Positions 24,118-34,800 of a DNA stretch of 64,000 bases are shown here, in pieces. Both the position numbers and the translations under genes were made by a program. The notes under the pieces were generated by a model, which worked only from the letters and a program-made list of their open reading frames with translations, was not told where the DNA came from and searched no databases. The stretch comes from Octopus sinensis (taxonomy: Eukaryota): positions 45,136,001 through 45,200,000 of the forward strand of contig NC_043015.1 in the NCBI RefSeq assembly GCF_006345805.1. Reading direction: 5' to 3'. The stretch's first letter is position 1; every line of letters starts with the position of its first letter.

Positions 24118-24713
24118 TTAGACACCTTTTCCTGTTGGATCAGTATGAATTATAGGCACTAAGTAAGAAGCTGGAATAAATCCTTCTTGTTTGCAGTTTT
24201 TTATAATCCAAAACCAGTTTGGATCATCGACATTTAGAACAGTAATAATATCCCCACTTTCAACTGTTATGTCATTGTCATTCACAGCATCGAAATTATA
24301 TACTACCAAGAACTTCCCACAGTCTCGTTTATGGAATATACTGGCCTCTTGATAACTGATATAACTTTCTCCTGAGTTGTTATGAGAATCCTTCTCTAGC
24401 GTATTCTGTTTGATGTCATTATCAACTGTACGTTGCTGCTTACGTATTGCTTGTGTGGTGTACGATATAGGAACGAAGCCTTCTTTACCATTATCACAAA
24501 GTATATACAACCAATCATTATCTCTGTAAAGAGCGTAGACTATGTCTCCTTTCTTCACAGAGACTTCGTCGTCAACACAAGCGACAAAATCTTGAATGAC
24601 TATTAGGCGAGCTTCAGGGTCAAGACCGTCTTTTTTGGCTAAACCAACTTGAGTCAAAGTGTCAAGACTTGCGCTTCCTGTTAGATTTCGGCGTAGAGGA
24701 TACTGGTCAAATT
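24118..24713 (-). CDS. Dlish: Dlish-like exon 2 (two SH3 domains, TAA stop)
   Basis: Part of the supplied ORF 24118..24837, downstream of a strong acceptor; two complete SH3 motifs. Confidence 0.9.
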
Positions 24714-27700
24714 CTGAAAAAGATAAAAATCCAGTAATAAACACAATGTAATGCTGGTGTGTGAGAGAGCGAGAGAGACAGAGACAACTAATGACTTCCT
24801 GGCCGGTTGTCCAATACTCTCTCAATTCACCATTCAAACTGTATTATGAAGAATTCTGCAATGGTAAGTCAAATACCAAACACCAAAAAAAAAAATTATA
24901 ATAGCAAAACTACTTCTGATAAATGTGATTGTAATATGTATATCCACTGTGCCGGTGGCACATAAAAAGCACCCACTACACTCACGGAGTGGTCGGCGTT
25001 AGGAAGGGCATCCAGCTGTAGAAACACTGCCAGATCAGACTGGGCCTGGCGCAGCCTTTTGGCTTCCTAGACCCCAGTTGAACCGTCCAACCCATGCTAG
25101 CATGGAAAATGGACGTTAAACGATGAGGATGACTGTAGGGCAGCAAACTGGCACAATTGTTAGCACATCGGACAAAATGCTCAACAGCATTTCATCCATT
25201 TTAAAGTTCTGAATTCAAATTCCATCGAGATTGCCTTTCATCTTTTCAGGGTTGATAAAACAAATACCAGTTGAGCACTGGGGTAAATGTAATCGACTCG
25301 AGTCAAATTACTGGCCTCATGCCAAAATTTGCAACCAATTTGTACATCCAATGTAAGGGGTATTATTTCTGATAACTATTTACATTAACATTTTAATTTG
25401 TTGGACAAAACGCTTAACCTATAAATAACACAATCTATGTGGCTGTAAATAGGGAATGCAGAGAAGGAATATCTCCTCTTTCTAAGTCACAACATCTCTA
25501 CAAAACTGAGTATAATGATGAATTCAACTTTGAGAAGGAAAGGTTTCACCATGCTGTTTCTCATGGATTCATTGCAAGGAATGTTGATTATGCCTAAGTC
25601 ATCCCTGATCAACAGACAGATCTGTGATCAGAGATGTTCGACCTATGACCGTGTCTTCTTTTTGTCAATGCATAGCATATATATGAGTGCAGTATCCAAC
25701 ATATCCACTTTGTTTTTCAAATAGTAGGTGTGATTTGAGGTAGATTTGGCTGCTATTTCTAGAAGGTTGAGTGACCATCATATGGGAGGCTCCCTTATAA
25801 GCTTGTATATGAAGAGGTAATATTCAACAGTGCTTCTATAATCCAATGGCTTATTAATATTACAGAACTTTCATGGTTAGAGAAAATATCCATCTGTTGC
25901 TGATGAATGTCTCTATATGGAATTTAATATGAAAGCTTTGTCCATCAGCTATCTCACACAGTTTATAATCATGCCCATGAACTGGATTTAAGGAAAAGAC
26001 TAAGACATCTAAGGACTCTGCTCTAAATTTGGCAACTACAGGAACTCTCTCTTTAAAGCTATATATGGCTTAATGTTCAGAGGACTTGCTAAAATGAAAA
26101 GAACACCAGGCTTAGTGGAATGGGGGGAATTATGTGTCTTATCAAAGGATACAAAATATTATACAGAAACTGATATTCCATAAATTTTAATCATAGCTAG
26201 GTGACATGAATATTCTACCATCATATTTTTGCTTTCCTACATTGTAACATTATAAGAAATCACTCTACTAAACAGTTCTGAAAAACAACACTGATTTTGT
26301 TTTTGTTTTGATACAGGAGTTATTTTTTGTGAGGTGTGGTCTTTGCATTTAACCTTTCAAACAGTGTGGATTAGCAATTACAAAGAAATTTGTAGGTAAA
26401 AGTTTTTGGAAGGGGGTGAGGAAAAAGTGTGTGATTTAAAGGAGATCTGGCTGTTTCTAGCACATTGCAAGACCACCTTTTTTTTTCCCTCAAATATGTA
26501 TTGATGTTTTTCAATAATTTCCCCCATAAACACATTTATGTTTTTTCTAGCCCCACTCCCTGCTCCCAATTATTTCTGTTTATATAATTCTAAAATATTG
26601 GAGAGCCTGAGAAGATTATTGCTGGGATTTATCCAGAGTGATTTAATAAGAGGTATGCAAAAAGTGATTTATTTTGATAGCATAATTTTTCTGTTAGAAA
26701 ATGTTTTGCTTTTTTTTCTTACACATTTTAATTATTTTTTTCTTTGCTTATATCCCAGTAATGGACAGTGCGTGTGTTACTTTGGCATTATGATTCCATA
26801 AAATGTGTTTATGGGAAGAAAAATATTTATTCTTCTCTACTCTAGGCATAAGTCCCGAAATTTTGGAGGAAGGGGGCAGTTGATTTGATCGATCCCAATA
26901 CGCAACTGATACTTAATTTATTGACCCTGAAAGGTTGAAAGGCAAAGTCGACCTCAGCTGAATTTGACCTCAGAATGTAAAGACAGACGAAATACCGCTA
27001 AGCAGTTCGCTGCCTTTATGGGAAGAAAAATATTGAAAAACATCAATAGATGCGAGAGTAAGAAAGAAGCGAGGAGGGAGGTCTTGGGATGTGCTAGAAA
27101 TAACAGCCAGATCTCCCTTAAATCACACATTTTCCTCTGAAATTATTCTCAATTTTTTTTAACCAAAAATGTTTCTCTTACGGGTTTTAAGTACATAGCG
27201 AAAAAAAAATTCGCCCAAATCGGTCCGGACTGGGGTGATAAGGTGGGAATGAAAAAAAAAAATTTTTTTTTCGGGAAAAGATGCCTCCCATTATTCCGAA
27301 GACTGTGCTGAAAAAAAATTGGGAAAAATCCCAGTCAAAAGGGAAAAATTCCGAAACTCCTCCTCTACCCCCTTACAAAAGATTTTGCCTACAAATTTCT
27401 TTGTAATCGTAATCTACACTGTTTGAAAGGTATGCGTATAAAATTTCATTTAAAAAATATCCATTTTCCTGAATGTTATGAGGGGGAAAATATCGGGTCA
27501 TGTGAATTTTCCGAAGCTCCTTTCCCCAACCTCTTGGAAAAATTTTTTCCAACAAATCATTACATACACTCAATCTACAAGATCTAAGCGATTATTTGTT
27601 GAAAGTTTCGTTAAAAAGTATCCCTTTTCATGGAAGTTATGAGGCAACAAAGTCGTGGGGGGGGGTACACATCTACAGTTGTATTTGGAAAACTTTTCTT

Positions 27701-28559
27701 TTCTCTATGGCAGTGTTTCTTAACCGGGGTCCATATAAGATTTTGTGGTGAAAACTTATGTGTAATGAATCGATTATACTTCTACAATACACAAAATATC
27801 TTAATATATTTTTTTTTATAATTGTAAAAATATGATGGGGTTTTTTAAAACATCAAATGAGTATGGGGGAACCAATTGAGTAAAATAAAAAATCAAGGGG
27901 GTTCATAGTCAAAAAATGGTTGAGAACCACCGGTCTACGGACTCAGGAAACAATTTACGAAAAGAAATATTGAGTCATGCGTGGTAATTGTCACAACGCC
28001 GTGGGAGAGGTAAACGTAATCAGTGCCGGGAATAAAAAAAAGAAAAAGAAACGTAAATAACTCTGACGTGATAATTTTGTTCTCACAATACGTGTTACAC
28101 ACACACAGTTTACCTTACATCTGTAAAGCACCAGACCCTGACTTTTATAATACAAAGTTTGAACCCATATTTTTGTACAATGTGTATGTGTGTTTGTCGG
28201 TGTCCCGTCGTGGTCACTGACAGATAGTTGTGACTTCTACAAGTGTATATATAGTATAATAATATGTAGGCGGAATGACTGCGATACGTCCGCTTAATTA
28301 TAACATATGTATGTGTCTGTACCTTAGAAAAACAAAAATACAAAAAAAAAAATGAAGAGAAAAAGTAAGGTACAAATGTACCAGTACCAACATAAATTCA
28401 ATACGAAAAAAAGAAAAGAAAGAAAAAACTACACCGAGTGATATATTACAATCAAAATTAAATTCAAGAAATTCAATCAGAATCGGTAATATTTAAAAAA
28501 AAAGTATTACCTTTCTTCTTTTTTGACTTTTTCAATTTCGCGGGACATAAAAATGCCAT
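24118..28559 (-). CDS. Dlish: Dlish/Vamana-like SH3 adaptor protein, 214 aa, two SH3 domains; exons 28559-28511 and 24713-24118
   Basis: Exon 1 has gccATGG and encodes MAFLCPAKLKKSKKKK, followed by a gtaat donor. Exon 2 follows a ttttcag acceptor in phase 1 and reads EFDQYPLRRNLTGSASLDTLTQVGLAKKDGLDP, then SH3 (QDFVACVDDEVSVKKGD..DWLY..EGFVPISY) and SH3 (YNFDAVNDNDITVESGD..PNWFW..QEGFIPASY). The MAFLCP plus basic run and the TGSASxxTLxxVG motif match Drosophila Dlish as I recall it. Confidence 0.85.
27711..27932. mobile_element. hAT (Charlie-like) MITE
   Basis: cagtgtttcttaacc ... ggttgagaaccaccg termini; degenerate 8-bp TSD ctctatgg / gtctacgg. Confidence 0.7.
28511..28559 (-). CDS. Dlish: Dlish-like exon 1 (MAFLCPAKLKKSKKKK)
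   Basis: Good Kozak context, AAG|GTAAT donor, phase matches exon 2. Confidence 0.87.
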
Positions 28560-28619
28560 GGCTAATAATACACATAAGGGAAATAAGAACAGTAGATATT
28601 TAAAAATTTACACAGAATC

Positions 28620-28734
28620 CAGGTGGCTTTAATTAATCCTTAACACACCTGTACTTGCATAACTTTCGATGTGCGTACGTATGTATGTCAGCTTATACAT
28701 ATATGTGTGTGTGTACAGACAGGTGCCCACCTGT
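28620..28734. promoter_or_regulatory. Cluster of four CAGGTG/CACCTG E2-boxes just upstream of the Dlish-like ATG
   Basis: Sites at 28620-28625, 28646-28651, 28720-28725 and 28728-28733; the last two form the palindrome ACAGGTG-CC-CACCTGT. Confidence 0.5.
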
Positions 28735-29519
28735 TGCCCTGGCGGATAAAGGACAGTAACTCTAGATGAGCCGAGCTGTGAAAAACCTCTCGCTTTTCTT
28801 GCTATCGAATCATGGTTCTAGTGTGGATATATCTTTTATCTTTTACTTGTTTCAGTCATTAGACTGCAGCCATACAGGGGCACCGCCCTGAAGAATTTTA
28901 GCCGAACGAGTCGGGTCCAGTACAGGCTCGTTGCGAGACTTCGGTGTCCGGACGTGCTTCAAAATATTCTGGGTGGGCACTAATTTGTAATAATGCTTAA
29001 GTGGAGTTTTCGAAATAAGTGTATCACTGTAAATCTGAGGGAGCGAAGAGGCAATACCGTCCAGTGCACACCCTTAGCGACGGGCTTGCCTCGGTAATTT
29101 TTTTTTAAAGCCTGGTACTTATTTTAATCCGTCTCTTGCCAAAATTTTGTTTGTTTGTTTTTCCTTCCTTTTTTCTCTTCCTTCTTTCTCTTTTTAATTT
29201 TTTCAATTGTGTTCTCTGTTTTGTCCCGTTTTCTAGTTTGATTTTGTAAAACGGTTAACACTGAAAGGTTTAAAGATAAAGGCGGCTAATTCTGATTTAG
29301 CTGTCGCACAGGACAGACAAAACTTTCACTACATCACTGATACAAACGACCGGCTTTTGTACAGTTTCCTTCTATCATATTCCACTCCTAAAACATTGAC
29401 CAGCCCAAGGCTAGGGGAAAAGATGCTTACCCTCAGGTGCCGCTCAGTGAGATCGAACCAGGAACCATATGGTTCGAAACCAGCTCCTTAAAGACAAAGC
29501 CATGCCTTGTCCCCAGATC

Positions 29520-30050
29520 TGCCATGGTCAAGCATACCCTGTGATGCTGGTGGGGTCTTTCTGACAAGGTCCTTGCAACTGCCCGGACGATAATTGAGGA
29601 ACTTGGTCGTTGAGGCCTTAGTGTCAACCACTAGCGTCGCTAGAATGTATGCCGCTCGGGGCGGTTCTTACGTTTACCACCCCCCGGATCCACTACAAAA
29701 AACCACATATTGCTATCAACAGACCCAAAAGTGCTGCCCGGGCACGGACCCCGCTCCTCAGCTACGCTAGTAGTGTCAACAGTCCTAAATGTGAGCTCTG
29801 GCTCCTCAACCATCCACCTTCACATCAGCAGACTGTAAACCTGTTTATAGATTCCTTCCCAATTATCGCGGTTCCTCCCTCATCAGCGTGGTGCTTTCTT
29901 GGAACCAGAATTACTGACCAAACTTTTGGGTCCATCTTTAGGTCCAAGATGGCTAAGCTTGAGCAATAATTAAAAAGCTTGAGGCAATTGGGCGCCACCA
30001 AGGTTTCTTTTTTAAAACTTAGGAAGTACTTGTCGATTCCTAAGTTATTG
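29520..30050 (+). mobile_element. Degenerate fragment of a CRE/SLACS-like non-LTR retrotransposon RT
   Basis: With the MITE removed it reads GLSVNSPKCELWLL...FLGTRI...KLEQ*LKSLRQL...YLSIPKLL, resembling the RT/thumb region of RLE-type elements. Confidence 0.6.
29629..29772. mobile_element. hAT-like MITE inserted in a CRE-like RT fragment
   Basis: TIR cactagcgtcgct / agctacgctagta; perfect 8-bp TSD gtgtcaac. Confidence 0.8.
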
Positions 30051-30815
30051 GAGAAAGTAAGTAATCCTGCGATACAACCCGTGTGCCGTCAGGGGTGGGC
30101 GGGTGGGGGATAAATACACCACAGAATCTGGGAAATCGGCCTTATGAGCCTGTGGCTCGGGGAAAGATTTTTTGTTGGTTTAGGTAGAATCGATAGATAA
30201 ACGAACAAAATGTCTTAGGGTACTTAGTTACGGTTCCTTATGTTCTTAAGTTCAAATCCCGCTGAGATCAGCTTTGATTTTCATCCTTCTGTGATCGATA
30301 AAATAAAATATTAGCAGTACTGAGGGCGATATAATCGATTATATAAACTCTGCGCGAAATATGTGGTCTTGTGCTTGTTTTTAAAATATTATTACTCTGG
30401 TCAATTTAACCTTCTGCTTGGTGCCAAGTAACATAATGTCGAACCCCAGGTCCTACAGCAACTGCAAGTGAGTTTTTTTTTTTTTCCTATGAGACGATAA
30501 AAAATGGAAAAAAAAGAGGAACAAAGAAAAAAAAATCCAGTTCAGTACCTAATCTCCTTCAGACGTCACCCTGTCTTGAGAAATAAATAGATTAATTAAT
30601 GTACTTCTTGAGAAAAGTAAGGGTGATTGTCATTGCCGGAATACCTTAGTCGGGTTTTGCACAAACTTTTACTCACCTCCTACCCTACCCGTTCAGGTTG
30701 TCGGCCACGAGAAAACAAGCACATTTAAAATATTTCAAAAGTTGGTGATTTGCAAAGTCATGAACGTCACAATTTTTCCGTTGTTGTATTTTATGTAAAT
30801 TTTAAGTCCATACAC

Positions 30816-31223
30816 GGATCTTTTCGGTTTGAACGGCAGTTTTTTCTAGCGGTGTCATATGAAATTGTCACCCATAATTATAACCCTAGTATCGATCTGT
30901 TGCATTTCAATCTGTTTTAGGGTTAGGGGTAAGGATAGCTTTTTTTCTTCAGAAATGTAAATAAACCCAATCTGTTTCTTAAACGAGGGACATATTCATA
31001 CGGCACAGAATGTTTTTTTTACCTCAATAGACGCCATTGATTGGTTGAAATTGCAGAAATTGAAGAAAAAAACCCAACCAATATCTTACAAACTATAGAA
31101 TTTTCTCAATAAAGCCAAGAGAAAAAGATGTTTTATAAACACATTCTACAGTATACGAAGTTTAAAAGTGTTTAGTAACGTGGAAATTATTTTAAAAAAC
31201 TGCAGGTCAAACCGAAAAGATCC
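30816..31223 (+). mobile_element. Same MITE family, copy 3
   Basis: TIRs; perfect TSD ccatacac at 30808-30815 and 31224-31231. Confidence 0.9.
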
Positions 31224-31812
31224 CCATACACTTTTAAAACGGACATCAATGCCCTTTTTCCAAGTACATTAATACCTGCAAGAACTAGCAATCAAATTAT
31301 TTTAAAACACGCTCTACCATCTTAAGAAAATAATAATAAATAAATCAATAAAGGCACATTATACAATGTTTTATTGAATATAAAAAAGACAGGATAGTCA
31401 TGACAGGAGAATATTTATTGAAAGGTCTTTCTGTTCAGAGATGACATAAGAGAAGCAACAATTTCCGGCAAAATGTCGTACTGCCTTTTTTCTCCCTAAC
31501 TTTTTCTACATTCACCGCTTATAAACATGAAAATACTGTTTACCGTAAATTTTATTGCTGTTTTCGTAATTTATCTATAATTAAAAAAATAGTTCAGATA
31601 TCTTTCTTTAAAAATTAGTTTTAATGCCTACGAGAGCAAATAGGATTTAGACGTGTGAGTGTGATACGATAGCAGTTTCGTTTACGGTAGGTGTCTGTGC
31701 CATGTGTTGATCTTGCTGAAGGTTATTCGTCAGTCATGAAGAAGAAGACTCTCTGAAGGGAGCTGGTCAGAAATAAGGGAGCAGACGGCGTAATTAGACC
31801 CCGGTGACAACC

Positions 31813-31884
31813 ATGTTGATCCTAAAGGCAACTCGTTGCCTTTCTAGGCTATCGAACTGCAATTTTCTACTTAAACCTGCTCAG
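31813..31884 (+). CDS. GFM1: GFM1 exon 1 ([24 protein letters not shown]; mitochondrial presequence-like)
   Basis: aaccATG context, CAG|gtatgt donor; rich in R/K/L/S with no acidic residues. Confidence 0.82.
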
Positions 31885-34800
31885 GTATGTTTTTGTAAAA
31901 AGTCCTGACTTGAGAGAGAGAGAGAGAGGGGGGAGAGCTGAAGTCCCTGCGAGACGGTTTCAATTCCTGTTAGAACCATTCGGAACTATCGAGTTCGTTA
32001 CGTTAATTCTCTCGGTTAAGGCGTAACCGTTAAAACATTTCTTATTCTTTCTTCCTATTGAAATATAGATCCATAATGTTTTCGCCTTAAAATATCCGTC
32101 GAAATACCGAAATACACTATATAGTTTTATTTCGTTTTTCTTTAAAAAAAACCCCCAAACAAACAAAACACAACACTTTAATATTTGTACTACCTAGGCA
32201 AAAAAAACCCCTAAAATATTTTATATTAGTTCGAAAATTAGAATGTGTGGTTTCCCATGCCTTTCTGGAAGACACTTGCTATTTAAGTAAAGTTCAACCA
32301 GTTATTTCCTACGAGTCGCTGACCTCGGGACTCTATTTCCTTATTGCTAATCCGTAAGTCTGAAGGACCCCTTTTCTGAGCTACAAGTATGCGCCACCTT
32401 TATTGACAATATTTATCAATTACGTTTAAAACACCACTGTCCACTGCAATCCTTAATTACTGTTTCCGACACATCAGTCGGTGCACAAACTACAGAAACT
32501 ATGTTACACAATCAGCTGTGACTCTCTCTTTGCACTTTTACGAGTATTGCTGTTACATTTATAAAGTATTTTATGAGTTGTTTTTTTTCCTATGAGACAA
32601 TAAAAAAATGGAAAAAAAGAGGAACAACGAAAAAGAAATTCAGTTCAGTACCAAGTGCCTTTAGTTGGTTGCACACCACAAGGTTCATCGGAACGATTGA
32701 TACTTTTGTATATATGCTGAAGTTTTAGGATTTAAAAAAAGCTCATCGTTTCATAGTTCGGCGAAGGTAAAGAATATGCACACCACCCTTTTTCTCGGTG
32801 TAACCCTGACCCTAACCACCGAGTGTGCGTATTCTTTACTTTCGCCCATACTTCAACCTCTTTCACTTGTTTCAGTCATTTGACTGCGGCCATGCTGGAT
32901 CTCCGTCTTTAGTCGAGCAAATCGACTCCAGGACTTATTCTTTGGAAGCCTAGTACTTATTCTATCGGTTCTTTTGCCGAACCGCTAAGTGACGGGGACG
33001 TAAACACACCACCATCGGTTGTCAAGCGATGTCGGGGGGTACAAACACAGACACACAAACATATACACATGTATATATATTTATACATATATACGACGGG
33101 CTTCTTTCAGTTTCCGTCTACCAAATCCACTCACAAGGCTTTGGTCGGCCCGGGGCTATAGTAGAAGACACTTGCCCCCAAGGTGCCACGCAGTGAGAAT
33201 GAACCCGGAACCATGTGGTTGGTAAGCAAGCTACTTACCACACAGCCACTCCTGCGCCTATGTGTTTCAATTATATAATCGGCAAATCTTCCATCGTCAT
33301 TTGTAAACAAATATTAATTTTAGTGTTTAATATTTAAAAAAACAACAACAAAAAAACAAACATGTTCTTTTCGGGTTGTGTTAGATGATTCCTATCAATT
33401 CATAAATTTAATTTCCGTAATATTAACTAATTTCATCCAACTCTGTCCATTCCCCACTTCTACTCACAATATAACTTCGCTCATTTATGTTCAATTTTTT
33501 TAATTTTAAAGTTATCACTACATTGAGCCTACTTTTGTTATATATATATATATAATCTCAACAAATATTACCGTGTCACTGTATCAATGTAGAAAGTTTT
33601 GCAATACTTCTGGTGGCATGTTGTTGCGATCCAGGTTTAAAACCATTGATATACACGCAAGGATAATGTTATTACACACACACACATACATACATATATA
33701 TTAAAATAGAAAATTACCCTTTAACAGGTAATTTTTACATGCTAGAAATAGCAGCCAAGGGTAATTTTCTATTTTAAAATATGAATATGTTGTCTATTGA
33801 CTATTTATACATGCTAGTCCACTGGTGGTGATATTTATAACGAATATTCGCCACCCTATAGATGTATCTTATATATATCATCATCATATAACGTCCGTTT
33901 TCCATGCTAGGATGGGTTGGACGGTTCAACTGGGGTCTGGGAAGCCAGAAGGCTGTGCCAGGCCCAGTCTGATCTGGCAGTGTTTCTACAGCTGAATGCC
34001 CTTCCTAACGCCAACCACTCCGTGAGTGTAGTGGGTGCTTTTAAAGTGCCACCTGCACAGGTGCCAGATGAGGCTGGCAAACGGCCACAATCGGATGGTG
34101 CTTTTTACGTGCCACCGGCAGGAGGCCAGTCGGGGTGGATATATACATATGTAAAAGCAGTCTGTTAGGATAACAACAAATGTTTCTGCCCGGACGCCCG
34201 ACTTGCTAGAAATAGTCCACCCTGCTTTAGAAAAAAGGGAGAGAGAGATAATGCTATTTAGGATACACTATACAGGCACGGTTCCAGGAATTTATCAAAA
34301 TTAGGGCACAAGGTCACAAGGGAATACAATTCCAAGAGAAAATGGCGTAATAACATTATTTAGAAGGGCGCACTTGTGGGGCACGTGCCCCTCACTTCCC
34401 CCACCTTGGGTTCGCCCCTGCTATACTTGGAAATAAAGGGCGAGATGTTCATAACCAGGGCGCTTCTGTAAACAGAAAAGCTTTCTGCAAGATCAGGAAC
34501 AACAACAACAACTATTTCTACTACCTTCCATCTGATGCTGCTAAGTATAAAAACACAACACATACATCTCAAAACACCAATTAGTTTTCACATTGATTCT
34601 CATATTTGGACAGTTAATTAAATGTGGAGCATTGTTATATGGGAAAAGGTTTTCATTAAAGATGAAAGGTAGGGTCTATAGGAGTTGTGTGAGAGTGGCA
34701 ACGCTGTATGGGAGTGAGACATGGTGTCTGTGGGAGAGGGTGAGATGGTAATTTTGAGAAGGACTGAGAGAGCAATGGTGAGAAAAATGTGTGGGGGTGA

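Noticed and set aside
24714-24837. N-terminal 41 aa of the supplied 239-aa ORF
   Set aside because: Intronic read-through across a (GA) tract and the polypyrimidine acceptor; the real start is exon 1 at 28559
28923-29088. Possible hAT-like MITE (caggctcgttgc...gcgacgggcttg), and a similar candidate at about 34273-34420
   Set aside because: The TIRs are degenerate and there is no convincing TSD, so they were not called as features
31702-31756. Upstream ATGs (MC* and MKKKTL*) as GFM1 uORFs
   Set aside because: The transcription start is unknown, so they cannot be placed in the 5' UTR from sequence alone
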